Assembly (NCBI GenBank): GCA_964498425.1
Contig: CAZCGQ010000005.1
Span: forward strand, 1 to 51,411
DNA: 51,411 nt
From: an uncultured Gammaproteobacteria bacterium
GTDB taxonomy: Bacteria > Patescibacteriota > Microgenomatia > UBA12405 > JAHJSD01
Direction: 5' to 3'
Below the pieces are notes generated by a model. It was not told the DNA's origin, did no database searches, and saw only the letters and a program-made list of their open reading frames with translations. A program made the translations under genes and the position numbers. Of this stretch, positions 25,500 through 35,670 are shown piece after piece; within the stretch, counting starts at the first letter, position 1, and each line of letters begins with the position of its first letter.

Positions 25500-27743
25500 C
25501 TATTGTTTTTGCCTAACAATTACAAATAAAAACCATAAAATTGAAGCTAAAGACATCCACACTCCAACTGACAAAAGCGAATTTTGATAATAAAATTCAA
25601 TCTTACTTTCCCCCTCGGGGACATCAACCTGCTTAAATGTACCATCTTCAAGATTAACCTTTACCGGCTGACCGTCAATCTTTGCCTTCCAGCCCGGGAA
25701 GTAATTCTCTTTGACAACTAATGCATTTTCTTCACTGCTCAATGTTTTAAAAAGCCAATAATCATTAGCTTTTTCTACTAATTTCACTTCTCCACTATTA
25801 TTTCTTAAATAATAAGGGGGGTTGTAATCATTATTTTCAAGAATAACTACCGGACCTTCCTCCTTAACGGTCAGCCATTTTTCATTATCCAACCAATAGG
25901 GCAAATTTCCTTGATCGGTAACCTCACCTTGATCATTCCTTTTTAGGACTAAATAGTATTTGACCCCCATTTCATCAAAAAAGTTTTTTGGTCGATCCCA
26001 TTCAACGTATCGGGAATAGTCGTTAATAATTTCTTCCTTCCTCAACCACTTGGCGTAAGAAAGAGGATAGACCGGCTGATAACCGGCTGTTGAATTTAAA
26101 CCGTAAGCCATCCACATATTTGGAGGCAGCAGTTCTGCTTGCTGGCGTTCAATTCTATAGAACTCTTCATTATTGTTTTGCTGAGTTAGGTAATCAATAA
26201 CCTCTGTTTTTGGGAAATAATAATCTCTTTTTGTAAAGGGAGTATACTTCCAGCCAAAATATAATCCTTCGGCCGCAGCCAACAAAATTAAACCTGCCCC
26301 AATTAAAAATCTGATTTTTTTAAATGGCAAAATCTTAGCAATAACTATCCCTCCCAAAACAACTAACGTACTAAATATCGGAATTATTAAATTTCTAGCA
26401 CCAACTTTAACGTTGACAATTAATTGACTTAAAACGAACCTATCGACAGCAGCTGCCTGATAATTAACAACGTACCAAACATAACCCAGGCCAACAAACA
26501 AGCCTACGATAATACCGATTGAAACAGCTAAAATTCGCCTTATCTCCTTCCAGTTAATTTTTCTATCCATCAAAAGTTTTAACCCTCCTCCAGCTAAAAT
26601 TGAGCCTCCAAAGGTAGACAATATTAACGCCCGTCCCGCTGAAGCTGAAGAAAGAAAGGGAAGCTTTAATTTATAAATTAAGATTCCAAAAGGATACTTT
26701 GTTCCTAAAATAATTCCCAGAAGAAAAATATAAATAAAGGGTTTAAGCTTAGGGATTTTTTTGGAACTAGATAAATAAAATAAGCAAAGAATAAGCCCGC
26801 CTGTTCCAAACCAGACTAAGCTCTCCTGAAAATTGAAGCCCTTCCCCCAATAATTCAAAGTAGCCGGATTACCAAAAACATTTGGAGCAAATCCTAGGAT
26901 AATTAATTTCGGCCATGACAATAAGCCGTAATTAACTCCCCGCAAATAATCTTCCTTGCCTCTAATCGAATGCATAAGTATCTGTACGCTTGGTAATACT
27001 GCTAGACTTACTGCCCCAAGAGAAAAGACTATTGTTCGAATCTGGGACCAAAAATTATTAATAATCAGATAAATCCCGGTAATAATCAAAACATATAGAA
27101 AGGTTTGAGGATGCCCGCCTAAAAAAGAAAGAATTAAACTGATAAAAACACCTAAATCTTGATTTCCTTCCAAAAAATATAATATCCAAGGCAAAAAGGC
27201 CAAAGTCCAACTAACCGTCCCCCAAGTCAACCAGCCGATAAAAAAGCTGGAAAATACAAAAAGTATTGAACTTAAGACAGCTGAAAATTGATTACCAATA
27301 ATTTTTTTTGTCATTAAGTACATTCCAATTAAGCCGACAAATAACTGCGACACCACAACAATTGCCATCGACATAGGTTCACTAAAAACAAAATAAACAA
27401 GATTAATTGGCGAAAAAATCATCGTGTGAAACCATGGAGAAAGCGGGTACCCGGCTAATGAGTGAGGATTCCAAATTCCAATCTTACCCTGCTTCAATAA
27501 GTTCACCGCCCAGTTTCGCCAAATCCAAAATTGAGAAACAGAATCTGAAATAAAGTGATTTTTAACGGCAACTCCAACCGCATTACCCCACTTATGATTA
27601 AGCCAAGGGTAGTACATCCCGGTAATTATATCTAAGGGTAAGGGAAGTAAACCTTTAAGTATAAATTTGTATAAAAAGACTAAACACACACCAATCAAGA
27701 AGATAATTGGTATTATTTTAGTGAGCAATTTATTTAGTTTCAT
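25500..27743 (-). CDS. YfhO-family GT-C membrane glycosyltransferase
   Basis: 747 aa with about 13 N-terminal helices and a large C-terminal extracytoplasmic domain. ENYFPGWKAKIDGQPVKV and a final TM helix fit the typical YfhO layout. Confidence 0.7.
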   Translation of the reverse strand: MKLNKLLTKIIPIIFLIGVCLVFLYKFILKGLLPLPLDIITGMYYPWLNHKWGNAVGVAVKNHFISDSVSQFWIWRNWAVNLLKQGKIGIWNPHSLAGYPLSPWFHTMIFSPINLVYFVFSEPMSMAIVVVSQLFVGLIGMYLMTKKIIGNQFSAVLSSILFVFSSFFIGWLTWGTVSWTLAFLPWILYFLEGNQDLGVFISLILSFLGGHPQTFLYVLIITGIYLIINNFWSQIRTIVFSLGAVSLAVLPSVQILMHSIRGKEDYLRGVNYGLLSWPKLIILGFAPNVFGNPATLNYWGKGFNFQESLVWFGTGGLILCLFYLSSSKKIPKLKPFIYIFLLGIILGTKYPFGILIYKLKLPFLSSASAGRALILSTFGGSILAGGGLKLLMDRKINWKEIRRILAVSIGIIVGLFVGLGYVWYVVNYQAAAVDRFVLSQLIVNVKVGARNLIIPIFSTLVVLGGIVIAKILPFKKIRFLIGAGLILLAAAEGLYFGWKYTPFTKRDYYFPKTEVIDYLTQQNNNEEFYRIERQQAELLPPNMWMAYGLNSTAGYQPVYPLSYAKWLRKEEIINDYSRYVEWDRPKNFFDEMGVKYYLVLKRNDQGEVTDQGNLPYWLDNEKWLTVKEEGPVVILENNDYNPPYYLRNNSGEVKLVEKANDYWLFKTLSSEENALVVKENYFPGWKAKIDGQPVKVNLEDGTFKQVDVPEGESKIEFYYQNSLLSVGVWMSLASILWFLFVIVRQKQ

Positions 27744-27746
27744 ACA

Positions 27747-28904
27747 TTAAATGAATGGTAACTTTAAAACACTAACTAAATTAAAATAATGATATGAAGT
27801 TATCCCAATATAAATTAATAGTTGTTTCTTCAGCCTAATTTCAGTAATTAGTATTAAGGGGAGAGCATAAGCTAAATGCCTTTCATGAACTCGGGTTTGA
27901 AAGAAAAAAGCAACTAAAGCAACTAATAACAAATGTTTAGCCAAATATTTAAATTGGTTTTTCCTCAAATAGTTCAAGCAAATTGCTAAGTATAAACTGC
28001 CTAAAATTATTACTGACCAAATTCTAACTGTCAACGGGCCAAGAAAAAGAGAGTCTGGAAATCTGCTCGGTAAAATTATCCCCCATAAATTCCATGCCCC
28101 GTCGGCAGCAAATCTAGATGAGCCAGATAAGGTATTAATAAACCAAAAAATTGGCTTTAAACTAAACCCCGTAATCGGTATATAACTAATCCCAAAAAAC
28201 AATAATTGGAGAAATAGACCATAGATTAACTTTCTTAAGGAGGATATTTTATACCAAGTGATTAAAAGTATCGGTAAAAACCACAGAGCTGTTTGTTTAA
28301 ATAAAACAGCCAAAATAAAGGTTAAATGAGAAAGAAAGAAATGTTTTTTCTTCGACGATAACTTGTAGTTATTTAAGAAATATATGGTGAAAAGTAGAAA
28401 AAAAATTGTTACTGATTCAATCTGACCCCAAACAGAACTAACGTAAATTACCGCCGGGTTAAATAGATACAAACTCATTATTAACAACGATTTACCAGTT
28501 AAAAAATAAATCAAATAAGACGCACCGATATCCCCCAAAATTGCTGGCATTTTCATTAACGCTGCCTGCATATTCTGGCTTTCAATCAAGTAAACCAACT
28601 GTGACGGAAAAACTTTCACAGTACAATTAACCTGCCAAGTAAACGCTTTAATCAACTGGTATAGCCATCTCCAGAAACCAAAAAAGTAAACCGCTAAAGG
28701 TGGATAATTAGGGGGAGTAATATCAGTAAATTTCTTTTCATAGAAGTTGTCTGAAGAAGACAAAAAAGAATCTGCCCAACCAATGAAATTATTTATATCA
28801 CCTGAATACTGAAAATAACATAATCCAAGTCTAATCACTAGCCCAACCGCTAAAATTAACAAGAATATTTTCCTATTGACCTCAATCCTTTTCAACAAGT
28901 TCAT
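27747..28904 (-). CDS. GT-C-like membrane glycosyltransferase (ALG6/ALG8- or Gpi18-like, COG5542-type)
   Basis: 385 aa with GDINNFIGWADSFLSSSDNFYEKKFTDITPPNYPPLAVYFF and VHERHLAYALP. Same motif pair as ORF 21073..22356. Confidence 0.55.
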   Translation of the reverse strand: MNLLKRIEVNRKIFLLILAVGLVIRLGLCYFQYSGDINNFIGWADSFLSSSDNFYEKKFTDITPPNYPPLAVYFFGFWRWLYQLIKAFTWQVNCTVKVFPSQLVYLIESQNMQAALMKMPAILGDIGASYLIYFLTGKSLLIMSLYLFNPAVIYVSSVWGQIESVTIFFLLFTIYFLNNYKLSSKKKHFFLSHLTFILAVLFKQTALWFLPILLITWYKISSLRKLIYGLFLQLLFFGISYIPITGFSLKPIFWFINTLSGSSRFAADGAWNLWGIILPSRFPDSLFLGPLTVRIWSVIILGSLYLAICLNYLRKNQFKYLAKHLLLVALVAFFFQTRVHERHLAYALPLILITEIRLKKQLLIYIGITSYHYFNLVSVLKLPFI

Positions 28905-29952
28905 TTATTTTTTGGCAAAATTTTGTTTTTGAAAAATCGCGAGAGCGTTGAATTGCTTTTTTCTGATAACGCTGATATTTTTGAAGATCGTTAATCAATT
29001 CATAAGTTTTATTTTTTAATTCCTCAATTGTCTTCCACTTCTCCCCTTCCCCACGTCGCACAATATCTTTAAGACCACCTTTATCAACAACCAAAGGAAC
29101 GCAACCCGCAGACATTGCTTCTACCGGTGTAATACCAAAATGCTCCATTTCTTTAGGTTTGTCTGAAGCCACCCGGTACCCTTTCGCGTGCCAAAAAAAC
29201 ATTGCCTTTGAATAGAATTCCTTCAAAACAGAAAAGTCAGCATTAACATAAAATTTTATTGGCAAATTTTCAGCTTCTTTTCTTAATTTAGCCAGATAAT
29301 TATTTTCATCCGGATCTTCCAAAGAACCTCCAATAATAACCATTTGCCAATCTTCTATTCCTTCTTCCAAAAGTAGTTTAAAGGCTTTAATTAACGCTTC
29401 ATGTTTCTTGGTTGGCTCATAACGGCCAACTGCTAAAATAATTTTTTCTTTTTCGGTTGGACTGAATTGGTCAACTTCCACTGGAGGATAAACAACGTCA
29501 GAATTAACGCCAAACTCCTTATCGATGAAACCCTTAGTAAATTTAGAATTGCAGATGATATCGTTTATTAACCCCAGCTTAAATTGATTGCTGATTTTAC
29601 CTCCCCCAACCTGTTTAAATGGGCTTTGAAAATGAATAATATTTTTCTTAGCAAATATTGCCGGTATGCTTCCATTGGACAACCAAAATACTGCCTGATA
29701 AGCCCTGGTCAGCTTCATCCTTTGCCAAAAATTGATGTCTGAAGCTTGGTAGCCTAAAACATTAATTCCATCAATATTTAAATTTAACTTTTGGCCAATC
29801 TCCTTTATTTGATCAGCCTTGTCCCAAAGCAAATCTACCCGCCATTGATTATTCAACAAACATTCAGCTATGGTTAACATATAGCGCTCACCCCCACCAA
29901 TTCCCTTAAAATAAGGGGAATAAATTAGCGCTCTTTTTTCTGCATTTGCCAT
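28882..29952 (-). CDS. GT4-family (GT-B fold) glycosyltransferase
   Basis: 356 aa with EHFGITPVEAMSAGCVPLVVDKGGLKDIV (GT4 E-x7-E region). Confidence 0.8.
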   Translation of the reverse strand: MANAEKRALIYSPYFKGIGGGERYMLTIAECLLNNQWRVDLLWDKADQIKEIGQKLNLNIDGINVLGYQASDINFWQRMKLTRAYQAVFWLSNGSIPAIFAKKNIIHFQSPFKQVGGGKISNQFKLGLINDIICNSKFTKGFIDKEFGVNSDVVYPPVEVDQFSPTEKEKIILAVGRYEPTKKHEALIKAFKLLLEEGIEDWQMVIIGGSLEDPDENNYLAKLRKEAENLPIKFYVNADFSVLKEFYSKAMFFWHAKGYRVASDKPKEMEHFGITPVEAMSAGCVPLVVDKGGLKDIVRRGEGEKWKTIEELKNKTYELINDLQKYQRYQKKAIQRSRDFSKTKFCQKINELVEKD

Positions 29953-30722
29953 AAACGAGAGTATATAATAAACGTATTAAAAACCTCAAATAACGCATTG
30001 ATCCAACCGACTGTGCCATCTTTCCAAGCACCCTGCTTAACAACTCTTTCCCAAAACTTGGAAAACATCATTCTTAATATTCGCCACCATACAACTGGTG
30101 GGTGATTAGCATCATATAATAACTTAGCCTCTGATTTTGTCCATTTAGTCGATTTTTCCAGCATAGATGTTAAGTCCCGGTGGGTATGATGCTCCAAGGG
30201 CACTTTCAAATGCTTTAGTTTTCCCTCAAACTTCGGCTGCTCGTGAAGTTTTCCTTCCCACTTGACAAATTTCGGCTTATAAAACAAACGAATAACATAA
30301 TCCGGCCAAGAGCCGCCGTGTTTAACTCGATGGCCAAGATAGAAGTTTTGCCTCGGCAGAGCAAAAGCAACAGCCCCGTTCCAGGAGCGTGAATTTCCCT
30401 CGCTCCTACAGCCTTGGGCATTAAGCATTCTGCCTTCAGCCAGGTATTCTTTAAGTTCTTCAGTTATCCGCTCATCACTATCTAAATAGAGAACCCAATC
30501 ATGTTGAGCATGCTTAATTGCTTTATTTCGCCAATCCGAAAAATCTATTTCTGTCTGGTTAATTGCAACAACTTCTGCCCCATGCTTTTTGGCTACCTCC
30601 ACCGTCTTATCAATTGATCCCCCATCAGCAACAATTACTTGGTCAGCAAAATCTGCCGACTCAATTGCACCCCCAATCATTTCTTGTTCATTTAAAGCAA
30701 TGATTATTACGGTTAATTTCAT
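29925..30722 (-). CDS. GT2-family glycosyltransferase (KdtX/WaaE-like subtype)
   Basis: 265 aa with LTVIIIALNEQEMIGGAIESADFADQVIVADGGSIDKTVEVAKKHGAEV and YLDSDE. Confidence 0.8.
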   Translation of the reverse strand: MKLTVIIIALNEQEMIGGAIESADFADQVIVADGGSIDKTVEVAKKHGAEVVAINQTEIDFSDWRNKAIKHAQHDWVLYLDSDERITEELKEYLAEGRMLNAQGCRSEGNSRSWNGAVAFALPRQNFYLGHRVKHGGSWPDYVIRLFYKPKFVKWEGKLHEQPKFEGKLKHLKVPLEHHTHRDLTSMLEKSTKWTKSEAKLLYDANHPPVVWWRILRMMFSKFWERVVKQGAWKDGTVGWINALFEVFNTFIIYSRLWQMQKKER

Positions 30723-31633
30723 TCCCAGCTTCCTCTGCCAAAACGGCCTAAATAATAATCTCTAATTCCGATTTTCTGCCACTTTCTCCCCTTAAATAAC
30801 AATCCAAAACTTTCGCGAACTAAAGCTAACTTGGATTTCAGCGGTGCCCAGCGCATGCCAAAAAGCATTCTGTTCCGGGCATTATAATAATCCTGAAGTT
30901 CACCTCCAGATTGAGAGGAACCAGCATTCATGTGCCATATTACCGCTTGCGGCAGGTAGACTGTCCTTAGCCCCATCTGTTTAACTTTTAAACTGAAATC
31001 AACATCCTCGTAGTAAAGATAATATTTGTTATCCAAGCCGCCAATTTTTTCCCATACTTCTTTTCTGGCTAACAAACAGCATCCTGTAACAAATTCTGTT
31101 TCCTCAATCTCATCATATTGTCCGCTATCTACTTGATCGACTCCACGATGACTGGGGTAAACATTATTCCAATCAATTTGTCCACCAGCATACCAAATTA
31201 CCTTACCCCGCTCATTTTCAGAATATCGGTCGCGGTGAAATTCATATCCAGGAGCAAAATATATTTTAGGTCCAAGAACCCCTACTTTAGGATTTTTAGC
31301 CAAATAATCAACCATTGGACGCCAAAAAGAATCTTTGACTAAAACGTCATTATTGAGAAGCATAATATAATCAAAGCCTTTATCCAAGGCGTAATTGATC
31401 CCAATGTTATTCCCACCAGTAAACCCAAGATTATGCTTGTTGTAAATAACTTTTAACTTTGCACTTTTAACTTTTAACTGTTCAAGGTATTGCCTTGAAC
31501 CGTCAGAACTGCCATTATCAACGACTATCAGCTCAACGCTCTTGTCAATATTTGGGAAAAGCGAAGTCAAGGATTGCTTAAGCAAATCAACCTTATTGTA
31601 GTTGAGGATGATTATCGCCAGCTTGTTTACCAC
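30719..31633 (-). CDS. GT2-family glycosyltransferase
   Basis: 304 aa with LAIIILNYNKVDLLKQSL...LIVVDNGSSDGS...HNLGFTGGNNIG...MLLNNDV. Confidence 0.85.
   Translation of the reverse strand: MVNKLAIIILNYNKVDLLKQSLTSLFPNIDKSVELIVVDNGSSDGSRQYLEQLKVKSAKLKVIYNKHNLGFTGGNNIGINYALDKGFDYIMLLNNDVLVKDSFWRPMVDYLAKNPKVGVLGPKIYFAPGYEFHRDRYSENERGKVIWYAGGQIDWNNVYPSHRGVDQVDSGQYDEIEETEFVTGCCLLARKEVWEKIGGLDNKYYLYYEDVDFSLKVKQMGLRTVYLPQAVIWHMNAGSSQSGGELQDYYNARNRMLFGMRWAPLKSKLALVRESFGLLFKGRKWQKIGIRDYYLGRFGRGSWE
31451..31485. repeat. 7-bp tandem array (TTTTAAC/TTTGCAC x5)
   Basis: ttttaac tttgcac ttttaac ttttaac tgttcaa. Sense strand encodes LKVKSAKLK. Confidence 0.85.
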
Positions 31634-32574
31634 TTGATAATATTTTGTCGAATTTTCAAAAAAAGGTTCTGTAAAGGCTTAAGTTTAGATTCACTTGTTT
31701 TGATGACAAAGTCGTCCCGCCAATATTCCATTTGATAGATGGCTTCAGCTAGAATATCCTTCGCCCATCTCGGCTCAAGCGACTTTTGCTCGTAGTTTTG
31801 ATGCTCCCAAACCTTAAGATATGTTAAGAGGTTTACCCAAGCCTGAAGTAAGGACAAGGCCAACCCGTGCGTTCCATCTTTATAAGCTTCTCCAGCAAAA
31901 AACCGGCTTAAAAACTCGTTTAAAGGAGAAATTATTAAATCTTTATGGCTCAGCTGATAATTTTTATCCTTAATTAGTTCCAAAGCTTGAATCTTGGCAT
32001 AACGCTGATTTCGTTCTAAAAATTGGTTCAAGCTTTCGTAATTATAGTGAATAATCGCCATTTTCTCGGTATCAGGGAGTGTATAAATCTTTTTTCCACT
32101 TAAACTTGGCTGTTGATGAATCTGTTCAGGCCAATCAATCTTCCCTCGCTTGAAGAATCTTGGTAAATAATCTGGCCACCAACGCGAATTCTTCATCCAT
32201 TTGCCTAAAATAATGTTTTGACGAGGAATTAAAACACAATCTGGGTCCTTAGAAGTTTCACCCTTGGCAATTGCTGTTAATTTTTTGGCTAAGCTCTTAG
32301 GCAGTTCTTCATCAGCGTCAAGGACAAGTATCCACTTCCCCTCCGCTTTGCCAATAGCGAAGTTCCTCGCCGGTTCAACATAGCCGGTTCGCTCATGCTC
32401 ATATACCTTGGCGCCAAAGTCCTTAGCTATCTTTACCGTCTTATCTTCGGAATGCATATCAACAACAATTACTTCATCAGCAAAATTCGTAACTGACTTT
32501 AAGCACCGCTTAATATTCTTTTCCTCATTAAGGGTATTGATTACAACTGAAACGAGTACTTTCTTTTTAGGCAT
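31627..32574 (-). CDS. GT2-family glycosyltransferase (KdtX/WaaE-like subtype)
   Basis: 315 aa with VSVVINTLNEEKNIKRCLKSVTNFADEVIVVDMHSEDKTVKIAKDFGAKV and LVLDADE. Confidence 0.8.
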   Translation of the reverse strand: MPKKKVLVSVVINTLNEEKNIKRCLKSVTNFADEVIVVDMHSEDKTVKIAKDFGAKVYEHERTGYVEPARNFAIGKAEGKWILVLDADEELPKSLAKKLTAIAKGETSKDPDCVLIPRQNIILGKWMKNSRWWPDYLPRFFKRGKIDWPEQIHQQPSLSGKKIYTLPDTEKMAIIHYNYESLNQFLERNQRYAKIQALELIKDKNYQLSHKDLIISPLNEFLSRFFAGEAYKDGTHGLALSLLQAWVNLLTYLKVWEHQNYEQKSLEPRWAKDILAEAIYQMEYWRDDFVIKTSESKLKPLQNLFLKIRQNIIKW

Positions 32575-32575
32575 A

Positions 32576-34228
32576 TTAGTTTAATACTTCATATATTCTA
32601 ACGTTTTCTTGGTCAAAAATCATCTTTAGTCCTAAATCACTAGTTGAGAGCTTAAATTCCTGATCTTCCAATAAATAAACATAATCAATTTGATTATTAA
32701 GTAAAAAACCTCTAGCCCAAATGACATCGGTAGAATCAAAAAACTTTTCCTTTTCCTTTATTCTTTCTTCCCAGTCAAAACCAGTAATGTCCAGGTTCAT
32801 TCGATCACTAGCATATTCCTGCTTTCCGCTAAAAGCGGATACGTAGGCTGTTGATTCATAGATATTAAGCGGGTAAGGCGGAGAAGATTTGTTTTTTAAA
32901 TTTGGGTTATAGGGATAAGCCAAAACAACTTCACCCTCCAAGGCTTCTAACTCTTCCAAGCCAATTAGTTCTTGCTTAGAGATATAAGCGGCTGGCTTTT
33001 TAGTTAAATAGGTTTTAAATACTTCCAAACTACCCAAAGTAATAATTAAAATAACCGGAATAATTAAATAAATTTTAGTTTGACTAAACTTTGATATAAA
33101 CTTCGCCATAAAATAATTAGAAAATATTAATCCGTAGTAAAGAAATTGAATCGTATTCCAGGTGGTTCCCGTTTGAACAAACAAAAGAGGTAAAGTCAGG
33201 CCGATTAAAATAATTACCAAAAAATTAATTTCCAGAAACTTCTTCCCCAACTCTTTTAAACCTAAAAGCCTCAGGTTAAAATTGCCGATAATAAAGGCCG
33301 CCGTCCCACCACCAGCTAATACCCAAAAGCGCGGGCTGGTCAACCAGCCTTGGCGTAAAGTCCACCACATATGACCCAGCCTCGGGACATAAAGTCTATC
33401 CTTGGCTTCAAACATTGTTCTCACAAACCACAGCGGTTTTAAAATAAAGGGAAAACTGCCCTGGCGATGCCACCAAAACCAAGTAATTAAATAAATTAAC
33501 CCGGCTGACCCAACGACAACAATATTTTTCAAGTTAAACCGGTCCCTCTTGATTAAAAGTGAAATTCCAACACTTAGACCAAATAATATCCCGGCGTAGG
33601 CTTTAATATTTAGAAGCAACCCAAAAATAATCCCAAGAAATATCGCCCGTTTCCAATCCAACCGGCCAGACCATTTCTGCCACAAAAAATAACCAAAAAG
33701 CAAAATTAAAACAGATAAGCCAAATGGGGGGTTAAGAAGAAATGACGACATCTGCATTGACCAAAACATTGATTCTCCCCCTATTTGTCCATTTCTAATT
33801 AAATTAACCAACCAGCCAAGGGAATTGCTGAAATAATTAAGAAAGGCAAACCAAAACCCAACCCAAAAACTGCCAGTAATTGCTTTGGCTAACTTATAGC
33901 TTAAAAAGCCTAACAATAAACTAAAGATAATTGGTAAAACCTGAAAATGTACTCTGGCAATTGAAAACGGCAAAGAGTTCCAAGCCCAGCCAAGAACTAA
34001 ATTATAACCCCAGTGATAATTTTTTAATGATTCCCCACTGTAAACAGGATTGGCCGGAGGAATCCTTTTAACTGCTTGTCTGCCTAAAGCCAAGTGCCAA
34101 ATACCATCATGTCCATTCGGCCCCCAAAAACACCGTCCGTAACTGCATTTCTGGCCACTCCTAAAAACTGTTAACAATTGAAAAATACTTCCAACTAAGA
34201 TCAAAATTATAATTAATTTTTTTTTCAT
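32576..34228 (-). CDS. Large multi-pass membrane protein of unrecognised family (GT-C-like architecture)
   Basis: 550 aa. N-terminal loop WGPNGHDGIWHLALGRQ, then about 12 helices and a ~130-aa C-terminal soluble domain. No family motif that I can name. Confidence 0.45.
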   Translation of the reverse strand: MKKKLIIILILVGSIFQLLTVFRSGQKCSYGRCFWGPNGHDGIWHLALGRQAVKRIPPANPVYSGESLKNYHWGYNLVLGWAWNSLPFSIARVHFQVLPIIFSLLLGFLSYKLAKAITGSFWVGFWFAFLNYFSNSLGWLVNLIRNGQIGGESMFWSMQMSSFLLNPPFGLSVLILLFGYFLWQKWSGRLDWKRAIFLGIIFGLLLNIKAYAGILFGLSVGISLLIKRDRFNLKNIVVVGSAGLIYLITWFWWHRQGSFPFILKPLWFVRTMFEAKDRLYVPRLGHMWWTLRQGWLTSPRFWVLAGGGTAAFIIGNFNLRLLGLKELGKKFLEINFLVIILIGLTLPLLFVQTGTTWNTIQFLYYGLIFSNYFMAKFISKFSQTKIYLIIPVILIITLGSLEVFKTYLTKKPAAYISKQELIGLEELEALEGEVVLAYPYNPNLKNKSSPPYPLNIYESTAYVSAFSGKQEYASDRMNLDITGFDWEERIKEKEKFFDSTDVIWARGFLLNNQIDYVYLLEDQEFKLSTSDLGLKMIFDQENVRIYEVLN

Positions 34229-35670
34229 TTCTTTATAACCTTTTTCAAAGAGCTAAAAAACCAAATCAATTCTTTCTTTGTCGTAAAATAAGTTAAACCT
34301 AAGTAAACACTTCCACCTAAACCGACTAATCCAATCAGTCCAGCAATTGTATTGGGCAAAACCACCTCACTGATAATTAGAAATAGCAGCATAATTAAGG
34401 TTAAACCCAGCGGTAAACCAATAGTTTTAATTAAATTAAGTTTAAATTCTTTCTTGACTAACCACCAGGCAACTACTGAACTGGCTGAAACTATAAGTAA
34501 ACCCCCAGCTGCCCCATTTACGCCCCAAAATTTAGCCATCACCGGTACAATCATCCAAGTAAGAACTGTCCACATTGCCATCAATTTCAAATTCACCTTA
34601 ACCTTACCAACAGCATTAAAGGCATTAACCAGAGGTGTTGTCGCCGCTCCAAAGGCAAAATTAGCCAAGTAAAGCCAAAGTGGAATTACAGCAACAGACC
34701 ATTTTTGGTATTGAGGAAAAATTTTAATCACTTTGGGAATGGTTACTGCTAAACCAGCCAAAGCAGGAAAAATCAGCAGATTAACGAAGAAACCTGCCCT
34801 CTCCAAAGCTCGCTTCATCCTTTCTTTGTTTTTTTGAATTCTAGAATAAGCTGGGAAACTAACCCTAATCACCGAATCCATCAAAAATCTTAACGGCAGT
34901 TGGCTCCACTTTTGAGCCCAGCCCAAAATCCCCATACCAGTACTGCCAACAATTCCCCACAAGAATATGTTTACCAGCCGATCCTTGACTACTGCTAATA
35001 AAGAATTAGCCTGATAAGGAATTCCAAATCCGAATAAATCCTTAACTGATTCCCACTGAAAATTAAATCCAATTGGCCAAGGGCTAAAAATGTAAATTAA
35101 GATTAATCCCGCTACTGCCCGACCTAAAACAGCAGCAATCCAGCTGAGTGTTCCAAACCCACTCCAGGCAAGGAAAACAGCTAACCCACTAAAAACGATC
35201 TGCTCAACCAAATCAACTATGGCTAATTTCCTAAATTGTAGTTTCCTTTCTAAATAGACAGTCGGAATTGTCTGCAAAGAAGAAGTGATAAAGCCAAAAA
35301 GCAGAGCGTAGAGCAAATATTTTCCCTGTTCACCAAAATCAAATTGCCGTTGTAGCATCGGGGTCAACAGCAAAGTAACTCCAACTAAAATGACTACAAT
35401 TATTTGCTGCAAAGTAAAGGTAGTCCTTATTTCTTCAATTTTAGGAGATTTTTTTTTCTGTATTAAAGCCGCCGCTAAACCAATATCCGAAAAATAGCCT
35501 AAAAAAGCAGTTATTTCAGAAACTGCCCAAAATATTCCCAATTCAGCCGGAGCCAAAAAAACCGATAAAGCAAAAAAACTAATGAAAGATATTGGTTGTC
35601 TTAAGAAGTTTCTTAGTACCAGCGCTCCAATTCCCGAAAAAGTTTTTTCCTTTATTTTATCGGCAGCCAT
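34225..35670 (-). CDS. Wzx/MOP-type oligosaccharide flippase-like protein
   Basis: 481 aa, about 12-14 helices. The pattern (SGIGALVLRNF...GIFWAVSEI...GLAAALIQKK) is typical of polysaccharide biosynthesis/export (PST) family proteins. Confidence 0.7.
   Translation of the reverse strand: MAADKIKEKTFSGIGALVLRNFLRQPISFISFFALSVFLAPAELGIFWAVSEITAFLGYFSDIGLAAALIQKKKSPKIEEIRTTFTLQQIIVVILVGVTLLLTPMLQRQFDFGEQGKYLLYALLFGFITSSLQTIPTVYLERKLQFRKLAIVDLVEQIVFSGLAVFLAWSGFGTLSWIAAVLGRAVAGLILIYIFSPWPIGFNFQWESVKDLFGFGIPYQANSLLAVVKDRLVNIFLWGIVGSTGMGILGWAQKWSQLPLRFLMDSVIRVSFPAYSRIQKNKERMKRALERAGFFVNLLIFPALAGLAVTIPKVIKIFPQYQKWSVAVIPLWLYLANFAFGAATTPLVNAFNAVGKVKVNLKLMAMWTVLTWMIVPVMAKFWGVNGAAGGLLIVSASSVVAWWLVKKEFKLNLIKTIGLPLGLTLIMLLFLIISEVVLPNTIAGLIGLVGLGGSVYLGLTYFTTKKELIWFFSSLKKVIKK

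Noticed and set aside
34352-34672. 106-aa plus-strand ORF.
   Set aside because: It is antisense to the Wzx-like flippase ORF. Its composition is the mirror of hydrophobic codons.
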